Assembly (NCBI GenBank): GCA_902805535.1
Contig: CADCTN010000146.1
Span: forward strand, 1 to 57,682
Source: an uncultured Blastococcus sp.
GTDB taxonomy: Bacteria > Actinomycetota > Actinomycetes > Mycobacteriales > Geodermatophilaceae
DNA: 57,682 bases
Reading direction: 5' to 3'
The notes under the pieces were generated by a model. The model ran no database searches and was not told where the DNA came from. It saw only the letters and a program-made list of their open reading frames with translations. This document shows positions 37,955 through 47,601 of this stretch, piece by piece (position 1 is the first letter of the stretch; each line of letters begins with the position of its first letter). The position numbers were made by a program, and so were the translations under genes.

Positions 37955-39175
37955 TCAGCGCAGCCGCGCCGCCATGACGTCCTGCGGCGAGGTCGGGCGC
38001 AGCTCGTCGAAGAAGTCGGGCAGGCCGAGGCCGCTCGCGGCCGTCTTCAGCTGCCGCAGCTCCGCGGTGGTGAGGATGGCGTTCTCCAGCGCGCCGGCCC
38101 GCAGGTGGCCGAGCACCCGGCCGTGCAGGGCGACCACCTGGTCGCCGCTGATGCCGGCAGAGGCCGCCAGGCGCGCCAGCAGCTGCCCCTCCCCGCCCAG
38201 GATCCGGCCGTCGGCCAGGGCGGCGGCGAGGGCGTCGACGTAGCGCTGGGAGTCGGCGTTCGGGGCGTCCACGACCGCCCGCGGCAGCCGGGCGGTCATC
38301 GACGGGAGCCAGCCTCCGGTGGCGCGGCGTGGCTCCCCGGGGCGGGTCCGTGGCCCGGCCGCCGTGTGCAGCTGCGGCATCGGCCGGGTCCCGGTCAGGT
38401 AGCGCGGGGGCTCACCGTGCAGCGCGAGCATCCGCGGCAGCAGCACCGCTCCGGTGCGGGCGTCGGCGAGCGCGGAGTGCACGCCGGCGACCGGCAGGCC
38501 CAGGACGCGGGCCAGCGTGTCCAGTCGCTGGTCCGGGGCCCGCAGGGTGGTCCGGGCGAGCCAGCGCGAGCACAGCGCCGGGTTCAGCGGCAGCGTCACG
38601 CCGATCCGCGCGAGCTCGGCGGCGAGGAACCGCTCGACGAACGCCGCGTTGTGCGCGACGACGACGGCGCCGTCGAGCCGGGCCAGCACGTCGCCGGCGA
38701 CGTCGGCGAACGTGGGGGCGCCCAGCACCTCGCTGGTGGAGATCCCGTGCACGAACGCCGGTCCGACGTCGCGACCCGGGTCGAGCAGGGTGTCGTACTC
38801 GTCCAGGACGCGGCCCGAGGCGTCCACGCGGACCACCGCGATCTCGACGATGCGGTCACCCGCGGCGGGCGAGAGGCCGGTCGTCTCGATGGCGACGACG
38901 GCGAACGGCGCGTCGACCGGGAAGCCGGGGCCGTCCCCGCCGTACTGGAACAGGCGCCCGCGCACGCCCGGCCCGGCGAAGGGGACCGGGCCCTCGGGCT
39001 CGACCTCGTCGGCCGGCCGGCGGGGACCGGGGACGGCGCGAGCGGGGGTCGCGGCCTGCCGTCGCCGGCTCGCCCGGCGGCTGGAGGCCCGCTCGACCAG
39101 GAACAGCGCGACCAGCAGCGCCGACCCGCCGACCACCGACGCACCGACCAGCACCTCGATCGGGACCCCGAACAT
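37955..39175 (-). CDS. Membrane-anchored DEDDh 3'-5' exonuclease-like protein with TerB-like C-terminus; active site degenerate
   Basis: N-terminal TM; VVAIETTG, HNAAFVE, HSALADA; GGGAGG RBS. Confidence 0.8.
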   Translation of the reverse strand: MFGVPIEVLVGASVVGGSALLVALFLVERASSRRASRRRQAATPARAVPGPRRPADEVEPEGPVPFAGPGVRGRLFQYGGDGPGFPVDAPFAVVAIETTGLSPAAGDRIVEIAVVRVDASGRVLDEYDTLLDPGRDVGPAFVHGISTSEVLGAPTFADVAGDVLARLDGAVVVAHNAAFVERFLAAELARIGVTLPLNPALCSRWLARTTLRAPDQRLDTLARVLGLPVAGVHSALADARTGAVLLPRMLALHGEPPRYLTGTRPMPQLHTAAGPRTRPGEPRRATGGWLPSMTARLPRAVVDAPNADSQRYVDALAAALADGRILGGEGQLLARLAASAGISGDQVVALHGRVLGHLRAGALENAILTTAELRQLKTAASGLGLPDFFDELRPTSPQDVMAARLR

Positions 39176-39272
39176 GCACCCTCCCGTCGTCGCGGCTCGC
39201 GGAGAGCCGGCGACAGCATCGGGCCTGGTCGGCACGCACAGGTGTCAGGAAGGCGCGGACGCGCCGCAGGAG

Positions 39273-40016
39273 TCACAGCCGTCGCGGGCGTCCCGGGACG
39301 AGGTCGCGCAGCCGGCCCAACGCGCCCCGCACGGGTGCGTCCGGTGCGTCCGGGCCAGGTTCCTCCCACGCGCCGGGCAGCGGGAGCTCGAGGGCGGCGC
39401 CACGGCGGGCCAGCGGCCGGCGCAGCGGCTGGGCGAAGTCGACGCCGCCGTGCACCTCGACCGTGACGCCGTCCAGGCGCACCCGCTCGGCCAGCTGCGC
39501 GACGACCCACTCCCCCCAGGCGGTCCGGTAACCGGCGGACCGGTCGCCGATCTGCGCGGCCACGGGGCTGACGACGTCGCCCGCGTCGAGCAGCCCGTGC
39601 ACAGTGCTGAGCACGAACCACGGCAGCCGGGCGCGGACGGCGGCGTCGCGGGCGCGGGCGAAGCCGGGGCTGAGGAACAAGTCGGCGGCCGGCGCCGGTT
39701 CGGTCGCCGTCGCGCCCGAGGAACCGATCAGGACCAGCCGGCTCCCGAGCTCGGCCGGGGTCTCCTCCGCGTGCGCCCCGCGGTGGCGGACGTAGCGGCC
39801 CCGCTCGACCCGGTGCAGCAGCGGAGGGCGGTCCGTGGGCGGATGCCCGGCGTTGTCGGTCACCAGCTGGATCTGGGCGGCGATCGAGGAGACGCCGACG
39901 TCGGGGCGGCGTGCGCTGACCCAGTTGAGCAGCGCGGCGCGGCTGAACGGCTCGGGCAGCATGGCCGCCCCGTCGGCGATCAGCTCCCCGATCGTGGGCA
40001 GCCTTCCGGTGCTCAT
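39273..40016 (-). CDS. DUF6884-like protein with N-terminal winged-helix-like domain
   Basis: PAADLFLSPGF..WFVLSTVHGLL; leaderless TAGCGT -10. Confidence 0.7.
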   Translation of the reverse strand: MSTGRLPTIGELIADGAAMLPEPFSRAALLNWVSARRPDVGVSSIAAQIQLVTDNAGHPPTDRPPLLHRVERGRYVRHRGAHAEETPAELGSRLVLIGSSGATATEPAPAADLFLSPGFARARDAAVRARLPWFVLSTVHGLLDAGDVVSPVAAQIGDRSAGYRTAWGEWVVAQLAERVRLDGVTVEVHGGVDFAQPLRRPLARRGAALELPLPGAWEEPGPDAPDAPVRGALGRLRDLVPGRPRRL

Positions 40017-40200
40017 CGACGGACGCTAACGCCGTCCCGGGATCGCGGAACCGGATCGGACCGAAGACCGCCCCATCAGTGGACACCCCCGGTGGGCGCC
40101 GGCTGTGATCCGGGGCAACGAACCGACCCACCCGTCACACCAGCCCCGTCCGTCGGGGAGCATGGCGTGACCGATCGGTCCGCTCCGGTAGACAGGTGAC

Positions 40201-43200
40201 ATGGAGAGCACTGCCGACATCCAGGTGGGCGACGTCCTCGCCCCGCGGGCGGCGGTCTCCATCGAGATCACGTCCACCCCCGTCCTCAGCTACGCCCTGG
40301 CCCACAACCGGATCCCGGTCGTGTCGCGGCTCGCCCTGACCAACGACGGCGGCCCGGTCCGGGCGGCCGTCGTCCGGCTGGGCATCCGCGACGCCGAGGG
40401 TCCGATCGCCCAGACCGTCGAGCTGCTGGCCGACCTCGACGAGGGCCGGACGACGGTCCTCACCGATCTCGGCCTGGTCATGGACGCCGCCGCGATGCTG
40501 CACGTCGAGGAGCAGCGGCCCGGCGTCATCGAGGTCGAGGTGCTCACCGACGGTCCGGACGGCGAGCGGCAGGTGCTCGGGGAGAGCAGCCGCGTCGTCC
40601 AGGTGCTCGCCGCCCAGCAGTGGCTGGCCACTCCCCTGCCGCTGGCGCTGGAGATGCTCGCCGCCCACGTGCTGCCCAACCACCCGGCGATCACCGCGGT
40701 GGTCGGCGAGGCGGCCGGGGTCCTGGAGGAGCGGACCGGCCGCGGCTCGATCCAGGCGTACGCCGACGGGCCGGAGCGGGTCGACGAGATCGTGTCCGCC
40801 GTCGCCGCGGTGCTGCAGCGCCGCGGGATCCGCTACAGCGAGCCGCCGACCAGCTGGGCCGACCTCGGCCAGCAGGTGCGCTCGCCGGGCGACGTCCTGA
40901 CCTGGCGCGTGGGCACGCCGCTGGACACCGCCGTCGTCATGGCGGCCGCGCTGGAGCAGGCCGGCATCCGGCCGCTGCTGTGGCTCGCCGACGGGTCGGC
41001 GGCGACCGGCGGGCGGGCCGGGGGCAGCGGGGCCTTCCTCGGCTACTGGCGCGAGGAGCGCAGCGCGGAGAGCGCCGCCACCACCGACGCCGCTCCGCTG
41101 GTCAACCTGGTCGACCTCGGCCTGATCGGCCTGGTGGACACCACCCTGCTGACCAGCATGGGCGAGCCCGGTGCCGACCTGCACACCCCGGCCTACACCG
41201 GCTGGCTGACCGGTGAGCTCGACCGGATCCTCGGCGTCACCGACGTGCACCGGGCGCGCAAGGACGGCATCTTCCCGCTGCCCGCCCGGGCCCGCGACGA
41301 GGACGGCGTCCTGCAGGTCGTGGAGTACCGGCCGGCGCTGCACAGCGCGCCGGCGAAGCCCGTGCCGCCGGTCCCGGCGCCGTCGTCCCGCCCGGAGGCG
41401 CCGCCGCGGGTGCAGCAGTGGAAGAACGCGCTGCTCGACCTCAGCCTGCGCAACCGGCTGATCAACTACACCGAGCGCTCCGGGCTGGCGCTGACGATCC
41501 CGCCCACGTCGCTGGGCGCGCTGGAGAACTTCGTCCACGACGGGACGCCGATCACCCTGCTGCCGGGCGACCAGCTGGCCGCCGTGCAGGCCGAGCGCGG
41601 GATCACCTCGGCGAGGGACCTGCCCCCCGAGCAGCTCACCGCGCTGCTGGTGGAGCGGCGCGAGGTGCACGCCGACGTCACGAGCGGCAACTACCTGCCC
41701 AAGCTGCGCAACGTCGCCTACAAGGCGAAGACGGTGCTCGAGGAGACCGGCGCCAACAACCTCTACCTGGCGCTCGGCAGCCTGGTCTGGGAGCTCGACG
41801 GCCGGCCGCTGCGCAGCCCGCTCGTCCTCATCCCCGTCGTCCTGGCGCCGCTGGGCGCCACCGGCTCCTACCGGCTGTCGCTCGACGACTCCGGCTCCAG
41901 CACGCCCAACTACTGCCTGCTGGAGAAGCTCCGCCAGCTGCACGGCCTGACCGTCCCGACGCTCACCGAGGCCGTCGACGGCACCCTCGACCTCGACGCC
42001 GCGTTCGAGGCGATGCGCTCGGCGCTGGTCGGGCACGGGCTGCCCTACCGGGTGGAGTCGACGGCGGACCTGGCGATCCTGCAGTTCGCGAAGTTCCGGT
42101 TGTGGAAGGACCTCGACGAGCACTGGTCGGACTTCGCGGACAACCCGCTGGTCTCCCACCTGGTGCACGAGCCGACCGAGGCATTCCAGGACGCGGCCCG
42201 CGACACCGCCCCCTACGTCGACCTCGACGAGCTGGCCGCCGAGCTGCCCGCGCCCGCCGACGCCTCGCAGCTGCGGGCCATCGCCGAGGCCACCGCCGGC
42301 CGGACGTTCGTCCTCGAGGGCCCACCCGGGACCGGCAAGTCCCAGACCATCACCAACCTGCTCACCCGCGCGGTCGCCGAGGGCAAGCGGGTGCTGTTCG
42401 TCGCCGAGAAGCGGGCCGCGCTGGACGTCGTCGCGCGGCGGCTGGACTCGGTCGGCATGGGCATGTTCGCCCTCGACCTGCACGACAAGGGCTCGCGCGC
42501 CTCGATGGTGCGGGCGCAGATCCGGCTGGCGCTGGAGCACGCGGTCTCCGTCGACGAGCAGGGCCTGGCCGCCGACGGCGAGTCGCTGCGCTCGGCCCGC
42601 CGGATGCTGGCGCGCTACGCCGACCGGCTGCACGCCGAGAACGCCGTCGGGTTGTCGCTGTACTCGGCGCGGACGTCGCAGCTGGCGTCGGGCACCGAGG
42701 TGGACCCGCTCCCGGTGCCCATGCCGTTCGTGGCCAACGCCCCGGCCGACGTGCTGCGCTCGGTGCGCGTGGAGCTGGCGCTGCTCCCCGACATCGCCGA
42801 CCTGACCCGGCCCTCGCCTCGCCACCCGTGGGCCTTCGTCGACTCCCCCGACATCGACCTCCCCGCCACCCGGGCCGCCGCGGCCGAGGTCGACGAGGCC
42901 GTGCGGGAGGCGCAGGCGGTCCCCGAGCTGGCCGGCGTGCTGCGTCGGGCGCGGACCGCCGGTGACCTCGACGCCCTCGCGCACGTGCTGAGCGGCCCGC
43001 AGATCGGTCTGGACGTCATCGACGAGACCTTCGGTGCCTTCTGGACGGCGGCCACCTCGGCGGTCCTCGGCGAGCTGGCGGCCTTCACCGCCTTCCGCCA
43101 CCCGGGCCTGGACGTCTGCGCCCCCGAGGTGCTCGCGCTGCCGCTGGCCGAGATCTACGTGGCCGCGCAGACCGCGGCGGCGTCGTCCTGGTGGGGCCGC

Positions 43201-46131
43201 CGGCGGCGGCTGATCGCCGTCCGCGACCACCTCGAGCCCTACCTGCGCCCCGAGGCGACGGTGCGGCCCAAGGACGTCCCGGCCGTCGTGGAGAACCTCT
43301 GGCGGGTGCAGACAGCGGTGCAGGCGATCGCCAGCCGGGCCGGCTCCATCTCCGGCCTCGCGGTGCCCGAGGGCTGGAACCCCTTCCTCGACGGCGAGCT
43401 GCTCGCCCGCCAGGTGCAGTGGCTGCGGCAGGCCGGCGCGGCCGTCGACGGTTCCACGACCTTCCACGTCCAGCTCCGCAAGCTCATCGTCGCCGGGCTC
43501 CCGTCCGGTCCGGCCGCGGCCGCGGCGGTGACCCGCCTGCGCGACGCCGTCACCCAGCTGATCGCGGCGGGCCGGACCAGCTCCGACCAGCTCGCCGCGT
43601 GGGCCGGTGACGACGGCATCGTCTTCCGGTGGTCGATGACCCGGCCCGAGCGCGGGGTGGACAGCCTGATGTCGCTGCGCCGCTGGGTCACCTTCCTGGA
43701 CACCCTGGAGCCCCTCCGTTTCGCCGGGCTCTTCGACGCCCGCGCCCTGCTGCTGACCGGTGCGATCAAGGCCGACGACGCCGTGCGCGCCCTCGACCAC
43801 GGCCTGGCGACGGCCTCGGTCACCGAGCGGCTGGACGCCGCCGGGCTGGACATGTTCGACGCCGGGGCGCACGAGAAGGCGATCCGCCGGTTCACCCGCG
43901 CCTCCCGGTCGGTGCGCGAGCACCTGACGACGGCGCTGCCCGCGAAGGTCCTGTCCACCCGGCCCTTCGACGCGGCCTCGGGCTCCGGCCAGGTCGGCGC
44001 CCTGCAGCGGGAGCTGGCCAAGCAGCGCCGCGGGCTGGGCGTGCGGCAGCTGCTGGCGCAGTACGGCGAGCTGATCACCCAGGTCATGCCGTGCGTGCTG
44101 GTGTCGCCGGACTCGGTGGCCCGGTTCTTCCCCGCCGTCTCCGGCCTGTTCGACCTCGTGGTGTTCGACGAGGCCTCGCAGATCCGCGTGGCCGACGCCG
44201 TCGGTGCGCTGGGCCGTGCCCGCGCGGCGGTCGTGGTCGGTGACTCCAAGCAGATGCCGCCGACGTCGTTCGCCGAGCCGTCGTCGGTGTCCGACGACGC
44301 CGCGGACCTCGCCGAGACCGCCGTGGAGGACGAGGAGTCGATCCTCTCCGAGTGCGTGCAGGCCCGGGTGCCCCGGCAGTGGCTGTCGTGGCACTACCGC
44401 AGCCAGGACGAGTCGCTGATCGCGTTCTCCAACGCCCAGTACTACGGCAACCGGCTGTCCTCGTTCCCGGCGCCCACGCACGGGCGGCCCTCGTCGGAGC
44501 CCGACGGCCGCGGGGTCTCGCTGGTCCGGGTGCCCGGGACGTTCCACCGATCGGGCGCCGGGCGGCTGCTGCGCACCAACCCGATCGAGGCCAAGGCGAT
44601 CGTCGCGGAGATCCGCCGGCGCTTCGACGCGGTGCCCAAGTGGGACGGCATCGACGCGGTCCCCTCGATCGGCGTGGTCACCTTCAACGCCCAGCAGCGC
44701 GCCTACATCGAGGCGCTGCTGCGCGACGCCGACGACGAGCGGCTGGCCCAGGCGCTGGACCGCGCCGACGGCGAGGGCCTGTTCGTGAAGAACCTGGAGA
44801 ACGTCCAGGGCGACGAGCGCGACGTCGTCTTCTTCTCCACCGGCTTCTCCCCCAACGCCGCCGGCGACCTGCCGCTGAACTTCGGGCCGCTCAACCGGGT
44901 GGGCGGCGAGCGGCGGCTCAACGTCGCGGTGACCCGGGCCCGGCGCCAGGTGGTCGTGTTCTCCTCGTTCGACCCGGAGCAGCTGCGGGCCGAGGAGACG
45001 TCGTCGGTCGGCATCAAGCACCTGCGGGCCTACCTCGACATGGCCGCCCAGGGCACCGACGTGCTGCCCCGCGACGCCCGCGCGGCGACCGTGGTGGACC
45101 GGCACCGCGAGCAGATCGCGGCCGCCCTGCGCGACCGCGGGCTGGTGGTGCGGACCGACGTCGGCCTCTCGGAGTTCAAGGTCGACCTCGCCGTCGCCCG
45201 CGCCGACGACCCGGAGACGCCGCTCATGGCGGTGCTCCTCGACGGCCCCGCGTGGGCCCGCCGCGGCACCGTGGGCGACCGCGACGGCCTGCCGGTCGAC
45301 GTGCTGGGCGACATGCTGCGCTGGCCGATCGTGGAGCGGGTGTGGCTGCCCTCGTGGCTGGCCGCGCCCGGCGCCGTCGTGGACCGGCTCGTGGAGGCGG
45401 TCGAGGCGATGCCGTCGACCCCCGTCGCCCCGGTCATCCAGCTGCCGACCGCGGCGCAGGAGTCGTTCAAGGGCGTCGCCGCCCTGCGGTCCTCGGTGAC
45501 GGCGTCGGTCGCCGTTCCCGCCGCGCCTGCGCGGCCGGCCCCCGAGGCAGCGCCCGCGCGGAAGCCGTCGGGCCCGGCGGCGATGGACGGCGAGACGCCG
45601 TTCGTGCCGTGGCTGCCCAAGCCGGCCGGTGAGAAGTCGCTGCTCGACGAGCTGCCCGCGTCGAAGGCGGCCCGGCCGGTGCGGCGGGTGCTGGCGGCCG
45701 GCATCAAGGCCGAGGGCCCGATCCACGTCGACCGGCTGGCCAAGCTGACCGTGAACGCGTTCGGGCTGAACCGGGCCTCGGAGGGCCGCAAGAACACCCT
45801 GCTGTCGCTGCTGCCGCCGTCCGCGGTCGTCGGTGACCACCTGTGGCCCGAGGGCGTCTCCCCGGACACCTACACCGGCTTCCGGCGGCAGACCGCGAGC
45901 ACCGACCGCCCGATCGACCACGTCGCGCCGGAGGAGATCGGCAACGCGATGGCGGCACTGTGCCGGGCGAGCGCCGGGATGATGGCCGAGGAGCTGCTCA
46001 CCCAGACGGCGGCGATCTTCGGCTACAAGCGCCGCACCCCGGCCATCACGCCCCCGCTCGAGGCGGCGCTGAAGCTGGCCCTCCAGCGCGGCCGCCTGGT
46101 CGAGCAGCCCAACGGCCTGCTGACCGTCTGA
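40201..46131 (+). CDS. DUF4011 / SF1 (Upf1-like) helicase / Vsr-like REase / DUF3320-type multidomain protein, 1976 aa
   Basis: WKNALLDLSLRNRLIN, GPPGTGKSQT, FDEASQ, GDSKQMPP, WHYRS, ENVQGDERD, RRLNVAVTRAR, KVDLAV..LDG. Confidence 0.92.
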   Translation: MESTADIQVGDVLAPRAAVSIEITSTPVLSYALAHNRIPVVSRLALTNDGGPVRAAVVRLGIRDAEGPIAQTVELLADLDEGRTTVLTDLGLVMDAAAMLHVEEQRPGVIEVEVLTDGPDGERQVLGESSRVVQVLAAQQWLATPLPLALEMLAAHVLPNHPAITAVVGEAAGVLEERTGRGSIQAYADGPERVDEIVSAVAAVLQRRGIRYSEPPTSWADLGQQVRSPGDVLTWRVGTPLDTAVVMAAALEQAGIRPLLWLADGSAATGGRAGGSGAFLGYWREERSAESAATTDAAPLVNLVDLGLIGLVDTTLLTSMGEPGADLHTPAYTGWLTGELDRILGVTDVHRARKDGIFPLPARARDEDGVLQVVEYRPALHSAPAKPVPPVPAPSSRPEAPPRVQQWKNALLDLSLRNRLINYTERSGLALTIPPTSLGALENFVHDGTPITLLPGDQLAAVQAERGITSARDLPPEQLTALLVERREVHADVTSGNYLPKLRNVAYKAKTVLEETGANNLYLALGSLVWELDGRPLRSPLVLIPVVLAPLGATGSYRLSLDDSGSSTPNYCLLEKLRQLHGLTVPTLTEAVDGTLDLDAAFEAMRSALVGHGLPYRVESTADLAILQFAKFRLWKDLDEHWSDFADNPLVSHLVHEPTEAFQDAARDTAPYVDLDELAAELPAPADASQLRAIAEATAGRTFVLEGPPGTGKSQTITNLLTRAVAEGKRVLFVAEKRAALDVVARRLDSVGMGMFALDLHDKGSRASMVRAQIRLALEHAVSVDEQGLAADGESLRSARRMLARYADRLHAENAVGLSLYSARTSQLASGTEVDPLPVPMPFVANAPADVLRSVRVELALLPDIADLTRPSPRHPWAFVDSPDIDLPATRAAAAEVDEAVREAQAVPELAGVLRRARTAGDLDALAHVLSGPQIGLDVIDETFGAFWTAATSAVLGELAAFTAFRHPGLDVCAPEVLALPLAEIYVAAQTAAASSWWGRRRRLIAVRDHLEPYLRPEATVRPKDVPAVVENLWRVQTAVQAIASRAGSISGLAVPEGWNPFLDGELLARQVQWLRQAGAAVDGSTTFHVQLRKLIVAGLPSGPAAAAAVTRLRDAVTQLIAAGRTSSDQLAAWAGDDGIVFRWSMTRPERGVDSLMSLRRWVTFLDTLEPLRFAGLFDARALLLTGAIKADDAVRALDHGLATASVTERLDAAGLDMFDAGAHEKAIRRFTRASRSVREHLTTALPAKVLSTRPFDAASGSGQVGALQRELAKQRRGLGVRQLLAQYGELITQVMPCVLVSPDSVARFFPAVSGLFDLVVFDEASQIRVADAVGALGRARAAVVVGDSKQMPPTSFAEPSSVSDDAADLAETAVEDEESILSECVQARVPRQWLSWHYRSQDESLIAFSNAQYYGNRLSSFPAPTHGRPSSEPDGRGVSLVRVPGTFHRSGAGRLLRTNPIEAKAIVAEIRRRFDAVPKWDGIDAVPSIGVVTFNAQQRAYIEALLRDADDERLAQALDRADGEGLFVKNLENVQGDERDVVFFSTGFSPNAAGDLPLNFGPLNRVGGERRLNVAVTRARRQVVVFSSFDPEQLRAEETSSVGIKHLRAYLDMAAQGTDVLPRDARAATVVDRHREQIAAALRDRGLVVRTDVGLSEFKVDLAVARADDPETPLMAVLLDGPAWARRGTVGDRDGLPVDVLGDMLRWPIVERVWLPSWLAAPGAVVDRLVEAVEAMPSTPVAPVIQLPTAAQESFKGVAALRSSVTASVAVPAAPARPAPEAAPARKPSGPAAMDGETPFVPWLPKPAGEKSLLDELPASKAARPVRRVLAAGIKAEGPIHVDRLAKLTVNAFGLNRASEGRKNTLLSLLPPSAVVGDHLWPEGVSPDTYTGFRRQTASTDRPIDHVAPEEIGNAMAALCRASAGMMAEELLTQTAAIFGYKRRTPAITPPLEAALKLALQRGRLVEQPNGLLTV

Positions 46132-46174
46132 TCCGGCTTCGTCGTCCGATCCGCCCGCCCGCGGACGCGACTGC

Positions 46175-46228
46175 GCAGTTGTGGTCGCCGTCCCCGGCGT
46201 GTCCGCGCGTGTCGGCGACCACAACTGC
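46175..46228. repeat. 16-bp inverted repeat (REP-like or terminator)
   Basis: GCAGTTGTGGTCGCCG ... CGGCGACCACAACTGC. Confidence 0.75.
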
Positions 46229-46334
46229 TCACTCGGCCCCGGCCGGGTAAAGGAGCTGCGCGGTTCCGGTGGTCCCTGTTGACTGCACCGGCTGCGCAGC
46301 ACCCCTGACCACCTCGGAGCGAATCGAAAGGACG

Positions 46335-47498
46335 ATGGAGAAGATCAACGGACGCCTGCTGAGCTGGGCGTCGATCCTGGAGGACACCACCCGCGAGCAG
46401 GCCGAGCGCACCGCCGCGATGCCGTTCATCCACCCGCACCTGGCCCTGATGCCCGACGCCCACCTCGGGATGGGTGCGACCGTCGGCTCGGTCATCCCGA
46501 CCGACGGCGCGATCATCCCGGCCGCAGTCGGCGTCGACATCGGCTGCGGGATGATCGCCGTCCGCACCCAGTTCACCGCCGAGGACGTCGCCGGGCGCGA
46601 CCTGGCCGTGCTGCACGGGCAGATCTCGCGGTCCATCCCGCTGTCGGCCGGTGGCCGGAACCAGAAGATCCGGGCGAGCGCGGAGCCGCGGATCGCCGAG
46701 CTGCGCGAGCTGCCCGGCGCGTCGCAGGCCGACGCCGCGGTGGCGCACTGGCCGCAGCAGCTGGGCTCGCTGGGCTCGGGCAACCACTTCATCGAGCTCT
46801 CGCTCGACGAGGAGGACCGGGTGTGGCTGTTCCTGCACTCCGGCTCGCGCGGTGTCGGCAACAAGCTCGCGCAGAAGCACATCCGGATCGCGCAGGAGCA
46901 GTGCCGTCGGCGGCACATCCAGCTGCCCGACCGCGACCTCGCCTACCTGGTGGAGGGGGAGCCTGAGTTCGACGCGTACATCGAGGCGCTGCGGTGGGCG
47001 CAGCGGTTCGCCTACCTCAACCGCGAGGAGATGATGGACCGCTGCGTCGACCAGCTGGGCCGTTTCTCGGGCACCGAAGTCGAGCGGGCCGAGACGGTGA
47101 ACTGCCACCACAACTACACCGAGCGGGAGCGGCACTTCGGCCGCGAGGTGTGGCTGTCGCGGAAGGGTGCGATCTCGGCGCGGGAGGGCGAACCGGGCCT
47201 CATCCCCGGGTCGATGGGGACGGCGTCCTACGTCGTCGTCGGCAAGGGGAACGTGCCGTCGCTGATGTCGTCGCCGCACGGCGCGGGCCGGAACTTCTCG
47301 CGCTCGGCTGCCCGTAAGCGGTTCACGCGTACGGACCTGGACGCGCGGATGACCGGCATCGCGTGGGGGCACTCGGACGCTTTCCTGGACGAGCACCCCG
47401 ACGCGTACAAGCCGATCGACCAGGTCATGGCCGACGCCGCCGACCTGGTCGAGGTGCGGCACACGCTGCGCCAGATCGTCAACGTCAAGGGCGACTGA
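46335..47498 (+). CDS. rtcB: RtcB RNA ligase
   Basis: MPDAH, VGVDIGCG, GSGNHF, HSGSRG, HHNY, PGSMG, HGAGR, YK; AAAGGA RBS. Confidence 0.95.
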   Translation: MEKINGRLLSWASILEDTTREQAERTAAMPFIHPHLALMPDAHLGMGATVGSVIPTDGAIIPAAVGVDIGCGMIAVRTQFTAEDVAGRDLAVLHGQISRSIPLSAGGRNQKIRASAEPRIAELRELPGASQADAAVAHWPQQLGSLGSGNHFIELSLDEEDRVWLFLHSGSRGVGNKLAQKHIRIAQEQCRRRHIQLPDRDLAYLVEGEPEFDAYIEALRWAQRFAYLNREEMMDRCVDQLGRFSGTEVERAETVNCHHNYTERERHFGREVWLSRKGAISAREGEPGLIPGSMGTASYVVVGKGNVPSLMSSPHGAGRNFSRSAARKRFTRTDLDARMTGIAWGHSDAFLDEHPDAYKPIDQVMADAADLVEVRHTLRQIVNVKGD

Positions 47499-47539
47499 TC
47501 ACCGGTCCGGCGTTCCCCAGCGGAACGCCGGACCGGTGA
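47499..47539. terminator. 18-bp stem-loop after rtcB
   Basis: TCACCGGTCCGGCGTTCC / GGAACGCCGGACCGGTGA. Confidence 0.75.
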
Positions 47540-47601
47540 CCGGCTCCTGTCCCACCTGCTCCGTACCGTCCCCACCCACGCACCGAGTCCTGAGGAGAAC
47601 C

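Noticed and set aside
46245-46249. SigB/SigF promoter for rtcB (GGGTA)
   Set aside because: No matching GNNT -35 at 14-16 nt spacing, so it was left out of the regulon list
40135-46302. 2055-aa minus-strand ORF and many other long alternative-frame ORFs
   Set aside because: They are shadows of real genes, expected in high-GC DNA, with Arg/Gly/Pro-rich sequence and no recognisable motifs
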